In this document: positions 1 through 8,703 of the stretch, piece by piece
How positions within the stretch are numbered: position 1 is the first letter of the stretch
How the letters are laid out: each line of letters begins with the position of its first letter
NCBI RefSeq assembly: GCF_000017945.1
Contig: NC_009776.1
Location: 1,020,001-1,052,000 of the forward strand
Reading direction: 5' to 3'
DNA: 32,000 nucleotides
DNA from: Ignicoccus hospitalis KIN4/I
GTDB lineage: Archaea > Thermoproteota > Thermoprotei_A > Sulfolobales > Ignicoccaceae
The notes under the pieces: model-generated
What the model was told of the DNA's origin: nothing
The model's input: the letters and a program-made list of their open reading frames with translations, nothing else
Databases searched by the model: none
Translations under genes and position numbers: made by a program

Positions 1-150
1 CAAATGGTAATGAATATGGGAGATGATAACTTGATCTGTGGGGGCTCGGGGCTGAGGGTCCTCGGGCTCCAGCTCCTCTTGGCTTGTGTCTTGAGCCGCT
101 CCCGGTGTAAGCTGTGGGCGGGCCACGAGGGAGGGGGACCTTGTCTGGAC

Positions 151-357
151 TTGAGGGTCCCCGACCCCTTCGAGAGCAAGCTGGAGGCCCGGGCCTACGC
201 GGCGTTGGCCTTGAAGGGCGAGGCGAGTTTGGACGAGCTGAGCAAGGAACTCGGAGTTAACAAGAAGACCTTGTGGAGCGCCCTTGAGAGGTTGGAGAAA
301 AACGGGTTGGTGGAAAAGCCTAAGAGGGGAATCTACCGGGCGAAGCCCCTCAGTTGA
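151..357 (+). CDS. small TrmB/MarR-like winged helix-turn-helix DNA-binding protein (longest ORF 4..357; start uncertain)
   Basis: The C-terminal ~68 aa (LEARAYAALALKGEASLDELSKELGVNKKTLWSALERLEKNGLVEKPKRGIYRA) read as a helix-turn-helix plus wing. The first ~49 codons of ORF 4..357 are Cys/Gly/Leu-rich and not protein-like. An in-frame TTG at 151 lies about 13 nt after GGAGGGGG (131-138). Confidence 0.55.
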   Translation: MRVPDPFESKLEARAYAALALKGEASLDELSKELGVNKKTLWSALERLEKNGLVEKPKRGIYRAKPLS

Positions 358-2005
358 GCTCCGCCAGGTGGGCGTAGTACAAGGCCGTGTAGGCCAAGAA
401 CTCCGCCGCCACGGGGTCGGTCCTCAGCAAGCTGCCCACGTACTGGGAGTAGTTGTAAGCAATGAAGGAGGGAGTCCTACAGTAGCTCCTCCCCACGACC
501 AAGGGCATCACCTCTTTGGCAACCACCGTGCTGTTCTGTATACTGCCCAAGGCGTCTGCAGAGTTCTCGAAGGCGAAGGATGAAAGCCCTATCACCTTGA
601 AGAAGTTTCCGTCAAACATGGCCTTAGCCATCTCGTCGACGGAGTCCTCGATCTGGTTGGTTAGCGCGTTACCCGGGGGAACCACGCTCAAGGCGTACCT
701 CGCAGCGGCCAGCCCGAGGGCGTAGGCCTCCCTCGCCAAGGCGTGCAAGTCCCTAATCGGAGGGGCGTAGGGCACTTGGGCGAGCTCCTCCACCGCGGAG
801 GCCCAGAGCTCCACGCTCACTGCCCTCGCCTTGGCCCTAGCTAGCGTGGAAGCCACGGAGGATAGCGACTGGGGGGCGGTGAAGTTCGCGTGGGCCTCCA
901 AGAACTTTATCATCTCTTTGAGCCTGAACTCCCTGTTGTACACGGCTGCGCAAGCTTCAGCGCTCCAGTAGTTGGCCCCGCAGCCGGAGGGCTCCAGCTC
1001 GGCGTACCTCTTCAACCCGTCCACTTCAGTCTTTATTACATCTTTTGCCTTATCTATTGAACTTACGTTGAGAAGCCTGTTATAGTAAATCGTGTAGGCG
1101 TTTATCAAGGCGGTGAAGGCGTAGCTCGCCGCGGCGTAGTAGTTGCCCTCCTCCGCCGCCCACCTAGCGAACTTCAAGTTCTTCGTTATTTCGGTGCTAT
1201 TTATATTGTACTTTTTCATCAGCTCTACAGTCATATCGTAGAGCTTCTTGTAGTGGCTCTCGAACACGTTAAGCTTCTTCAGCTCCTCCGGAGGGTTGCA
1301 GACCTCCCCCAAGGCGGCCGTGACGTTCTGGTTGGTGAAGTACTTCGCCGCGTCTATTATGCTCTCCACGGTGATTACCTTGAGGCCCTTAACGGGCACC
1401 GCCTCGCCCACGGGCACCAAGAACGTGTCTATGCCGTAGCTCTTGACGGCCTTAGCCTTTACGTTTACTCCTCCAACCACCAACACTTCGCCGCCGAGGC
1501 CTATCATTCCGGTCATGGCCGGGTGGTTGACAGCCCTTAAGTTGAGTAAGCTCAAGAGGGTTAAGGTGGAGGCCAGCGCGCTCCCGCTGGGGCCAGCGGC
1601 CCTAAAGGTAATGTTGTAGCCCAAGTCCTCTAGGTAGTAGAGGTAGTCAAAGCTCGTTAGCGGCTTGCCGGCCACTATGGCCGCCGCTACTGCGGCCCCT
1701 CCCATAGAGCCTTGGAAGTCGTAGCCCAACAAGGCCCCTCCGACGTAGTACCTACCCTCCCCCGGCAGCGTCCGGACGCTCAAGTTCGAGAGCGCGCCGG
1801 AGGTAGAGCCCACCACCGCCGGGGCGTAGCCCCAGTAGCCCGCCGGGGGCGAGTAAGTCAAGGCGGGGTAGGCCAGCATTAAGGTTCCTAGTAGGAGCAG
1901 CGCTAAGCTAAGCCCCTCGCTCCTGCTCAAAGCCGCGTACCCAGCGGGCCCCCTCTTCGGCGTTAACAAAGATAATCTAATTCCGCGCTCTCGAGCTAGG
2001 GCCAC
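350..2005 (-). CDS. secreted or membrane-anchored Lon-like serine protease domain protein (MEROPS S16 type, no ATPase module) with a helical C-terminal domain
   Basis: There is an N-terminal signal/anchor (SRSEGLSLALLLLGTLMLAYPALTYS). A Lon proteolytic signature follows: AAGPSGSALAS (Ser of GPS), then AMTGMIGLGGEVLVVGGVNVKAKAV (the AMTGEI..G.V..VGG...K pattern with the catalytic Lys) and FLVP. No Walker motifs are present. The C-terminal ~300 aa are Ala/Tyr-rich and helical. The likely true start is TTG at 1930, which gives a clean signal peptide and leaves an 80-nt AT-rich gap to nuoH, rather than GTG at 2005. Confidence 0.65.
   Translation of the reverse strand: MALARERGIRLSLLTPKRGPAGYAALSRSEGLSLALLLLGTLMLAYPALTYSPPAGYWGYAPAVVGSTSGALSNLSVRTLPGEGRYYVGGALLGYDFQGSMGGAAVAAAIVAGKPLTSFDYLYYLEDLGYNITFRAAGPSGSALASTLTLLSLLNLRAVNHPAMTGMIGLGGEVLVVGGVNVKAKAVKSYGIDTFLVPVGEAVPVKGLKVITVESIIDAAKYFTNQNVTAALGEVCNPPEELKKLNVFESHYKKLYDMTVELMKKYNINSTEITKNLKFARWAAEEGNYYAAASYAFTALINAYTIYYNRLLNVSSIDKAKDVIKTEVDGLKRYAELEPSGCGANYWSAEACAAVYNREFRLKEMIKFLEAHANFTAPQSLSSVASTLARAKARAVSVELWASAVEELAQVPYAPPIRDLHALAREAYALGLAAARYALSVVPPGNALTNQIEDSVDEMAKAMFDGNFFKVIGLSSFAFENSADALGSIQNSTVVAKEVMPLVVGRSYCRTPSFIAYNYSQYVGSLLRTDPVAAEFLAYTALYYAHLAELN
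1962..1984. promoter_or_regulatory. AT-rich TATA-like island shared by the divergent protease gene and nuoH
   Basis: gttaacaaagataatctaattcc is the only AT-rich stretch between the divergent starts. It lies ~30-45 nt from ATG 2011 and from TTG 1930. Confidence 0.35.
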
Positions 2006-2010
2006 AGTCG

Positions 2011-3078
2011 ATGATCGGCGGCGAGCTCCTAATCATAATAGCGCTCGTCTCCGTGCTCTTGGCTTTCGGCTACGCCGGGCTGCTGGACTTGGTAACAATC
2101 TACATGGAGAGGAAGATGTGGGGTAAGATAATGCAGAGGTACGGGCCGACCCACGTGGGCTACGCGGGGCTGTTGCAGCTCATAGCTGACTTCTTGAAGT
2201 ACTTGTCCAAAGAGCTGTTCGCCCCCAGGAGGCCCAACAAGCTCTTCTACTACGGCCTGCCGCTGCTGCTGATAGCCATAATATCCATACCGTTAGTGTT
2301 GATCCCGCTGGACTACGTGGCCCTCTCCGGCTTGGAGGGGCTGCTCAAGCTCGCCGGAATAAACGTTAACTTGAGCGACTACGCAGCCTCCAAGCTTTTG
2401 GACGAGCTGGCCCCCGGCGTGGGGCTCTTGGGCTACGTCGCGGTAGTGGCAGTAACCATGCCGTTGATGTACATGCTCTCCTGGAACCAAGCGAACAAGT
2501 ACGGCGCCTTGGGCGCTTTCAGGACGGTGTTGCTACTCGTAACTTACGAGGTCCCCTTCCTGATAGCCATAGCCGCCGTGGCCGCCCTAGGGGGGCTGAG
2601 CTTCTACGGGGTGGTGGACTTCCAGAAGTCCGCTTGGCTGGCGCTGCTCAACCCCATAGCGGCCCTAGTGCTGTTCATAACTCTCCTCGCGGAGAGCGAG
2701 AGGCCCCCCTTCGACCACCCGGAGGCGGAGCAAGAGATAGTGCACGGCTGGAACGTGGAGTACGGGGCGGGCGAGTTCATACTCCTTTACGGTTTATACT
2801 TGTACACTAAGGCCCTCTACGCGGACGCGCTGATCACGCTGTTCTTGCTCGGGGGGTGGCTGGGCCCGGCGTTGCCGGGGCTGCCGGTCGAGCTGACTAA
2901 CGCCATATGGTTTACGGTAAAGATGGTTGCGGTGTTCGCGCTGTTCATACTGGTAAGGGCGGCCCTCGCGAGGCCCAGGGTGGATCAGATACTCGAACTG
3001 GGCTGGACCAAGATACTGGCCTTATCGATAGTAGCCCTTTTCATATCCCTTATTGTAAAGAGCGTCTGGCTCGCGTGA
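2011..3078 (+). CDS. nuoH: NADH-quinone oxidoreductase subunit H
   Basis: Polytopic membrane protein with the NuoH/ND1 N-terminal signature ERKMWGKIMQRYGPTHVGYAGLLQLIADFLKYLSKE. It is followed by nuoI/J/K. Confidence 0.9.
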   Translation: MIGGELLIIIALVSVLLAFGYAGLLDLVTIYMERKMWGKIMQRYGPTHVGYAGLLQLIADFLKYLSKELFAPRRPNKLFYYGLPLLLIAIISIPLVLIPLDYVALSGLEGLLKLAGINVNLSDYAASKLLDELAPGVGLLGYVAVVAVTMPLMYMLSWNQANKYGALGAFRTVLLLVTYEVPFLIAIAAVAALGGLSFYGVVDFQKSAWLALLNPIAALVLFITLLAESERPPFDHPEAEQEIVHGWNVEYGAGEFILLYGLYLYTKALYADALITLFLLGGWLGPALPGLPVELTNAIWFTVKMVAVFALFILVRAALARPRVDQILELGWTKILALSIVALFISLIVKSVWLA

Positions 3079-3079
3079 G

Positions 3080-3658
3080 GTGAAACCCTTGGAGGAGAGG
3101 AGGTTCGTAGAGGTTAGGGAAAGGTGGGGTAGGAAGACCAACGCCCTCGGAGTTTTGAAGTCCTTGAAGGCCGTTGCCGAATACTTGGTACAGTCCAGGC
3201 CGACCACGCTCTACCCCTTCGAGAAGAACGACTTGCCGGAGAACTTCAGGGGGGTGTTGGTATACGACATAGAGAAGTGCATAGGCTGCGGCGCGTGCGT
3301 CTTGGCTTGTCCAAACAACTGCTTGTACCGCCGCCCCGGGCCGAAGACGGAGAAGAACAAGCCCGGGATCTACATAGCCTTCGAGCCCACCCACTGCTTG
3401 TTCTGCGGCCTCTGCGTGGACGCTTGCCCGCCGGTGGCCAGCTCCTTGAGGCATAGCAACGTGGTCTCCATAGTAAGTACGAAGAAGAAGATAATCTGGG
3501 AGCCGTGGGAGTGGGCCGCCTTCACTAAGCTGATAGAAGAAAAGGGCTGGGAGAACGACGCCATCGACTACGACAGGGTAGAACACCTAGTTAAGGAGAG
3601 GGCGGAGCAGATCAAAAAAGCTCTCGAGGAAGAGGCAGAGAAGGGTGCTAAGAAGTGA
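3080..3658 (+). CDS. nuoI: NADH-quinone oxidoreductase subunit I (2x[4Fe-4S] ferredoxin)
   Basis: Two ferredoxin cluster motifs are present: CIGCGACVLACP and CLFCGLCVDACP. The GTG start is 1 nt after the nuoH stop. Confidence 0.9.
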   Translation: MKPLEERRFVEVRERWGRKTNALGVLKSLKAVAEYLVQSRPTTLYPFEKNDLPENFRGVLVYDIEKCIGCGACVLACPNNCLYRRPGPKTEKNKPGIYIAFEPTHCLFCGLCVDACPPVASSLRHSNVVSIVSTKKKIIWEPWEWAAFTKLIEEKGWENDAIDYDRVEHLVKERAEQIKKALEEEAEKGAKK

Positions 3659-4140
3659 TGGAAGCCTTCGTGCTGCTGATGGGACTGGCCACCGCGTTCG
3701 CGGCAGCGGTGCTCTGGGACCCCGACATAGTTAGGGCCGCGAGCTCCCTAGTGATGGTCTTCCTCTTGACGGGCTTCGCGCTGCTCTCCTTAGGGGCGTG
3801 GTTCGTGGGGGCCATGCAAGTGCTCTTGGGCGCCGGCGCCGTCGCGATACTCGCCCTGTACGCGGCTATAACGTCCAAGAAGAGGAAGGAGGTTCTGAGG
3901 TCCAGGAGCGCCGGCACCATAGCTGCCCTCGCGCTGAGCGTTTTGGGAATAAGCATGGGCTTCCTCACCCTAAACACCCCCGGAACCTTCACCTTCTACA
4001 GCTCGGACGCCTCCAAGATAGCGGAAGTCTTGTTCGAGGACGTTGGACTTACCGTAGCGCTCAGCGTTTTGTTGATAGTAGCCTTGATCGCTTCGGCTTA
4101 CATAGTTAGATACGTGTTCTTACGCGAGGTGAGAGCTTGA
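3655..4140 (+). CDS. nuoJ: NADH-quinone oxidoreductase subunit J
   Basis: 161-aa hydrophobic protein with about five TM segments, lying between nuoI and nuoK. Its start overlaps the nuoI stop (GTGATG). Confidence 0.75.
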   Translation: MMEAFVLLMGLATAFAAAVLWDPDIVRAASSLVMVFLLTGFALLSLGAWFVGAMQVLLGAGAVAILALYAAITSKKRKEVLRSRSAGTIAALALSVLGISMGFLTLNTPGTFTFYSSDASKIAEVLFEDVGLTVALSVLLIVALIASAYIVRYVFLREVRA

Positions 4141-4445
4141 GCGAGCTGGGAGCGGCCATCTGGGCGACCATTCCCCTCTTGGTGGTAGGCCTCTACGGCA
4201 TAGCCGCGAGGAGGAACTTAGTTAGGATAATGCTGGCATTGGAAATAGTGGGGGCCGCCACCGTGACCATATTGGGAGCCGCCGCGGCGGCCCGGTGGCA
4301 GGCCTCCGGGGAGGTGTTGGGCCTCTTGGCCCTAGTCGCCATAGGAATTGAAGGTGCCATGTTAATTGCCTTGGTTACCCTCTTCAACTACGTGTACCGC
4401 GACGTGGACGTCATAAAGATTAAGGAAGGAGGTGAGGAGGAGTGA
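4137..4445 (+). CDS. nuoK: NADH-quinone oxidoreductase subunit K
   Basis: 102 aa with three TM helices and a conserved membrane Glu context (MLALEIVGAATV). The TTG start overlaps the nuoJ stop. Confidence 0.8.
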   Translation: MSELGAAIWATIPLLVVGLYGIAARRNLVRIMLALEIVGAATVTILGAAAAARWQASGEVLGLLALVAIGIEGAMLIALVTLFNYVYRDVDVIKIKEGGEEE

Positions 4446-5758
4446 TGGCCTCCCTTCTGTTAGACTTGCTCGCCATACTCCAAGCGCTCTTGTTGCCGGC
4501 CCAGCTGTCCAAGTACTTGTCGGCCTTCTTGCTAACCCTCAGCATATTCTTCGCCAGCGGGAAGGTCGGCAGCATAGTGGGCGACTACTACACCCAGATG
4601 GGCATGATGGCCGTCGCAGTGCCGTCAATAATAACGCTGCTCTTCCACACCCGGCCGCAGAGGCACTTCATCTTGCTAGTTACCTTAGTCACGGTCGCCG
4701 GCTACTTGGTGGCGGCCTCGAGGAACTTGGCGACCTTAGCGGTCTCCTTGGAGGCCCTCTCGCTCTCCGCAGCTGCCATAGCCTTCTACCCGGCCTCTAA
4801 AGACAAGATAAGGGTACTGAGCACTTACTTGGTGTTCAGCGTGTTCGCCGCGGTACTGCTGTTCTCCGGGCTGGCGTTCTACTTCGCCGGCACCAACACG
4901 TTCAGCTTGGTAGAGTTCACCCAGACCTCCACTGCCATAGTCGGGCTGACGTTGATACTGGCCTCAATAATGGTGAAGGTAGCGTTAGCGCCCATGCACG
5001 CTTGGGCGGTGGACGTCTACTCCTTGAGCAGCACCAGCGCGGCCTTGTACTTGTCCAACGCAGTGAAGGCCAGCGCCTTCGTGGCGCTGGGCATACTCGC
5101 TGCCGGCCCGCTGGAGATGGCGATGTCCGTGGGCTACTGGCAAGTGTTGGTGCCGGTCATGCTCTTGGCAGTGGCTTCAATAGCAGTGGCGGCGGGGGGC
5201 ATGGCCCTCAGCTCCGAAACCAAGAGGTTGTTGGCCTTCTCCAGCATAGCCCACGCGGGCTTCGCTACCTTGGCCCTAGCGGCCCCGGGCCCGACAGCTG
5301 CAGCTATACTGGCCTACTACGCCTTGGTGTACTCCTTGTCTAACACCATAGGCTTCTCCGCGGTTCTGCTACTGAAGAAGGAGGGCGAGGCGAGCTTGAG
5401 TGAGCTTAGCTTGCTGTACAAGAGACCCTTAACTGCGCTGGCCTTCGCAATAGGGATAATATCGCTCTTGGGCATCCCCCCGACTGCAGGGTTCAACGCC
5501 AAGCTCTTCGCGCTGTTCAACTTACTCACGTCGACCAACTTGCCCAACTGGTACGCCCTAGCTATAGCCCTAGCGGCCGTGGTCTTCACGGCGGCCACGG
5601 GATACGGCTACGCCAAAGCCATAGCTGCCGTAGCCAAGAGGCCGGAGGGCGAGCCCGAGGCGAACGCCGGGCTGGAGCTGATGATGTGGTTCATGGCGTT
5701 CGTGGTACTTCTCTTGTACTTCTACCCAGCGCTGCCCGTTCCCACGGCCTTGGGTTGA
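4442..5758 (+). CDS. nuoN: NADH-quinone oxidoreductase antiporter-like subunit (NuoN type)
   Basis: 438-aa polytopic protein carrying the Mrp/Nuo antiporter motifs SLEALSLSAAAIAF...FYFAGTNTFSL and LAPMHAWAVDVY. It overlaps the nuoK stop by 4 nt. Confidence 0.8.
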   Translation: MMASLLLDLLAILQALLLPAQLSKYLSAFLLTLSIFFASGKVGSIVGDYYTQMGMMAVAVPSIITLLFHTRPQRHFILLVTLVTVAGYLVAASRNLATLAVSLEALSLSAAAIAFYPASKDKIRVLSTYLVFSVFAAVLLFSGLAFYFAGTNTFSLVEFTQTSTAIVGLTLILASIMVKVALAPMHAWAVDVYSLSSTSAALYLSNAVKASAFVALGILAAGPLEMAMSVGYWQVLVPVMLLAVASIAVAAGGMALSSETKRLLAFSSIAHAGFATLALAAPGPTAAAILAYYALVYSLSNTIGFSAVLLLKKEGEASLSELSLLYKRPLTALAFAIGIISLLGIPPTAGFNAKLFALFNLLTSTNLPNWYALAIALAAVVFTAATGYGYAKAIAAVAKRPEGEPEANAGLELMMWFMAFVVLLLYFYPALPVPTALG

Positions 5759-5764
5759 TGCTCC

Positions 5765-6391
5765 ATGTTAAACAAGTTTTTAAAGTTGTTTAGCAAGCTG
5801 CTCTCCACCCTGTACCAAGCTTCCCCCGAAGGGGGGAAGGTGGTTAAGGTCTACAGCGGCTGGAGGGCCCTCAAGTGGTTGCCGGCCAAGGTGCTCTTCC
5901 CCTTCTTCCCCTACTCCCTCTCCCCGGCCGAGAGGTCCGCCCGGGAGGCGCTGTTCTTGGTCTCCGAGCTCCCCACTCCTCAGCTCCTCTCGTTCGGGAG
6001 GGGTTTCCTGGTGAGGGAGTACTTGGAGGGAAAGGTCTTAGGACCCGACGGGAGGGCCGTGGCCGAGGCCCTCTGGAGGGCCCACTCGCGCTGTTGGGCG
6101 TTGGGCGACGCGAAGTTCGACAACTTCTTGGTTAAGGACGGGGAGCTGTACTACATAGACGGGGAGCAAGCCACCAGGACGTGCGACCCCTTGAAGCAAG
6201 GGGTGGACTTGGTAGAAGCGGCCTTCTTCCTGATGCTGTTCGGGGGGTGCGAGCAAGTGAAGCGCTTGTTAGAGAGTTACCCCGGAAGGGAACAGAAGAG
6301 GGCCTTCTTGTTACCCACGGGGGTCCTCTTGACCTTGCCGTGTATACACGTGATAGTGAAGGAATTAATAAGAGAAGGGGACAAAAACTGA
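5765..6391 (+). CDS. small atypical protein-kinase-like fold protein (Bud32/RIO/Kdo-kinase-like)
   Basis: GGKVVKVY (Gly-rich segment plus Lys), LVREYLEGKVL (hinge-like) and ALGDAKFDNFLVKDGELYYIDGEQA resemble the HGD.K..N...(n)..ID catalytic and Mg-binding loops. The usual His is replaced by Leu. Confidence 0.5.
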   Translation: MLNKFLKLFSKLLSTLYQASPEGGKVVKVYSGWRALKWLPAKVLFPFFPYSLSPAERSAREALFLVSELPTPQLLSFGRGFLVREYLEGKVLGPDGRAVAEALWRAHSRCWALGDAKFDNFLVKDGELYYIDGEQATRTCDPLKQGVDLVEAAFFLMLFGGCEQVKRLLESYPGREQKRAFLLPTGVLLTLPCIHVIVKELIREGDKN

Positions 6392-6396
6392 AGGGC

Positions 6397-7725
6397 TTAC
6401 TTCTTCATCTTTATCTCTACTTTGGCGGGCTTGACGTCGGTCACTATGCCTATGCCGACGGTCTTGCCCATGTCCCTCATGGCGAACCTGCCCAGCGGCT
6501 GGAACTCTTGGAACTTCTCTATCACCATCGGCTTGAGCGGCTTGAACACCACCACAGCGGCGTCGCCCGGCTTGAGGAAGCTCGGGTTCTCCTCGATCAC
6601 CTTACCGGTCCTCGGGTCGATCTTCTGCTTGATCTCGATAATCCTGCTAGCCACGCTGGCGGTGTGGGCGTGGATCACCGGGGTGTAGCCCACCGCTATG
6701 GCGCTGGGGTGCCAGATGACGAACACCCTGGCGGTGAACTGGTCCGCAACGGTGGGCGGGTTCTCCGGGTGGCCGGCCACGTCTCCCCTCTTTATGTCGT
6801 TCTTGCTCACGCCCCTTACGTTGAAGCCTATGTTGTCGCCGGGCATGGCTTGCTCGATCTTCTCGTGGTGCATCTCTATGCTCCTTACTTCTCCTCCAAC
6901 TCCGGGCGGCATGAACACTACCTTGTCGCCTACCTTGAGTACGCCGGTCTCCACCCTCCCTACCGGGACGGTGCCCACGCCGGTGATGCTGTAGACGTCT
7001 TGGATGGGTATCCTAAGCGGGAGCTTGGCCCACTTCTCCACGCTTGGCGGCTTGAGGTTGTCCAAGGCCTCCACCAAGGTGGGGCCCTTGTACCACGGCA
7101 TGTTCTCGCTCCTCTTGATGATGTTGTCGCCGGTCCAAGCGCTAACGGGCACGAACGGTATCTCGTCCACCTTGAAGCCGAGGCCCTTCATGAACTTCTT
7201 CAGGGTCTCCACTATCTGCTTGTACCTCTTCTCGCTCCAAGGCGGCTCGGTGGCGTCCATCTTGTTGACGGCCACTATTATCTGGTCGATACCCATGGTC
7301 TTGGCTAGGAGTATGTGTTCCCTAGTCTGGCCCTCCGCGCTCATGCCGGCCTCGAACTCGCCCGGCCTGGCGCTGACCACCAAGATGGCCGCGTCGGCCT
7401 GGCTGGCGCCGGTGATCATGTTCTTAATGAAGTCCCTGTGGCCGGGGGCGTCGATGATGGTGAAGTAGTACTTCGGAGTCTCGAACTTCATGAAGGTCAG
7501 GTCGATGGTAACGCCCCTCTCACGCTCCTCCTTGAGCTTGTCCAGCAGCCAAGCGTACTTGAAGCTCTCCTTGCCCCTCTTCTTCGCTTCCTCCTCCAAC
7601 ATCTTCAGCGTCTTCTCGTCGACGAAGCCCAGCTCGTACAACAGGTGGCCCACTAGGGTGCTCTTGCCGTGGTCTACGTGGCCGATCACTATCAAGTTCA
7701 TGTGGGGCTTCTCTTTCTTGCTCAT
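6397..7725 (-). CDS. tuf: translation elongation factor 1-alpha (aEF-1A)
   Basis: Full-length GTPase with GHVDHGKST (G1), DAPGHRDF (G3) and NKMD (G4), plus typical archaeal domains II and III. The SD-like GGAGGG sits 8 nt upstream of the ATG. Confidence 0.97.
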   Translation of the reverse strand: MSKKEKPHMNLIVIGHVDHGKSTLVGHLLYELGFVDEKTLKMLEEEAKKRGKESFKYAWLLDKLKEERERGVTIDLTFMKFETPKYYFTIIDAPGHRDFIKNMITGASQADAAILVVSARPGEFEAGMSAEGQTREHILLAKTMGIDQIIVAVNKMDATEPPWSEKRYKQIVETLKKFMKGLGFKVDEIPFVPVSAWTGDNIIKRSENMPWYKGPTLVEALDNLKPPSVEKWAKLPLRIPIQDVYSITGVGTVPVGRVETGVLKVGDKVVFMPPGVGGEVRSIEMHHEKIEQAMPGDNIGFNVRGVSKNDIKRGDVAGHPENPPTVADQFTARVFVIWHPSAIAVGYTPVIHAHTASVASRIIEIKQKIDPRTGKVIEENPSFLKPGDAAVVVFKPLKPMVIEKFQEFQPLGRFAMRDMGKTVGIGIVTDVKPAKVEIKMKK

Positions 7726-7763
7726 ACTACTGATCCCTCCGTCCGAGGGCTAGTCGGTGTCGA

Positions 7764-7772
7764 CTTAAAAAG
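7764..7772 (-). promoter_or_regulatory. TATA-box candidate for EF-1alpha
   Basis: The minus strand reads CTTTTTAAG about 40 nt upstream of ATG 7725, followed by the SD GGAGGG. Confidence 0.4.
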
Positions 7773-7859
7773 ATTGGTACCATGGTAGCACTCGAAGGCC
7801 GATGAGGTGAGGGTGAGCTGGTTCGATCGGTGAGGACAGAGGGTGACGCTGAGGCCCCC

Positions 7860-8576
7860 TCAATCGAAGAGCTCCAGGGTAACGTTTCCGAAGCCCTCCC
7901 TCCTCCGGAAGCCCACGCCCAAGAGCGCCCCCTTCCTAAGTATCTCCAAGACCCAGCCCGGGAGCTCTTCCACCACGTGGAACAGAGCCACCCCCGTCAG
8001 CCCGGGCCTCCACTTACCCCTGTACAAGTACCAAACCTTACCGACGCTGTGGAGGATGGAGTGGTCTTCAACAAATATTTCGTCCAGCTTTAGGAGCGCC
8101 TTGGGGTTGCTAACGTAGGGGGAGAAGAGATAAGAGGGGAGGGGAAGGAAGCGGAGGTTGAACGGGGCCTTTCCCTTCTTAATTATCACCGGCCCGTTGA
8201 ACTTTATTATTAATTTTGAACCGTAACCCACGTCAGTTATTATCTCTTCTACCCCTTCTATCCTTATTTCGTAGACCTTATTACCTAAGATGACCTTGAC
8301 CTCGCTTGTAATTGTCTTAGGGAAGTTCAAAACGGTCATCTCGAAGTATCCCTTCTCGGGAAGCTTGACGGGTAAGAGGGACTTGGGGGCCTCTACCTTA
8401 CAGAACGAGCAGTCCACCATAACTTTCGGGTAAATTGTCTTCCCGTCGATGCTGTAGAGGGGAGAGACGTGTAAGATGTTGGACGCTATTTCCTCAGCTA
8501 TCAATTTCGTGAGGAGCCCGCTGTACTCGAAGAGTTCCCCTCCCGACGTTTCCAAATAAACCCTCAGTTTGAACAT
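7860..8576 (-). CDS. cas6: Cas6-like RAMP protein (putative CRISPR-associated endoribonuclease), stand-alone
   Basis: The size is ~240 aa. The C-terminal glycine-rich loop GALLGVGFRRREGFGNV matches the Cas6 G.G.....GFG hallmark. The N-terminal beta-alpha start is MFKLRVYLE...LHVSPLYS (compare ..lH...pFtfS). The ATG at 8576 is preceded by AAGGAG; the longer TTG start at 8594 is less likely. Confidence 0.6.
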   Translation of the reverse strand: MFKLRVYLETSGGELFEYSGLLTKLIAEEIASNILHVSPLYSIDGKTIYPKVMVDCSFCKVEAPKSLLPVKLPEKGYFEMTVLNFPKTITSEVKVILGNKVYEIRIEGVEEIITDVGYGSKLIIKFNGPVIIKKGKAPFNLRFLPLPSYLFSPYVSNPKALLKLDEIFVEDHSILHSVGKVWYLYRGKWRPGLTGVALFHVVEELPGWVLEILRKGALLGVGFRRREGFGNVTLELFD

Positions 8577-8610
8577 GACGCTCCTTCCGACCAATAAGAA
8601 CTATCCAAAA

Positions 8611-8621
8611 GCATTTTAGAA
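8611..8621 (-). promoter_or_regulatory. TATA-box candidate for the cas6-like gene
   Basis: The minus strand reads TTCTAAAATGC about 35-45 nt upstream of ATG 8576. Confidence 0.35.
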
Positions 8622-8681
8622 TTGAAGGTACTCGCCAGAAGACCAAAAGAAATATTAACACCCTTTTTAAACCCAGGCTCG

Positions 8682-8687
8682 AAAAAA
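8682..8687 (-). terminator. oligo-T terminator candidate after dtdA
   Basis: The minus strand reads CCTTTTTTCG (T6) about 17 nt after the dtdA stop. Archaeal RNAP terminates at oligo-T tracts. Confidence 0.35.
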
Positions 8688-8703
8688 GGATAATTTCTGA
8701 ACT

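Noticed and set aside
4-150. N-terminal 49 codons of ORF 4..357 as part of the wHTH protein
   Set aside because: The sequence (MVMNMGDDNLICGGSGLRVLGLQLLLACVLSRSRCKLWAGHEGGGPC) is not protein-like and precedes an SD-like GGAGGGGG, so it is more likely 5' leader or promoter sequence.
6181-7308. 375-aa plus-strand ORF (plus further plus-strand ORFs at 6422..7753) opposite EF-1alpha
   Set aside because: It lies entirely antisense to a full-length, unmistakable EF-1alpha gene. Its composition is His/Leu/Gly/Arg-rich with no motifs, which is the typical stop-poor antisense frame of a GC-rich gene.
7801-7850. Four copies of GGTGA(G/C) within ~45 nt between the cas6-like stop and the EF-1alpha TATA
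   Set aside because: It is a short purine-rich pentamer in a GC-rich spacer with irregular spacing, which is plausible by chance, and no matching motif was seen at other promoters in the window.
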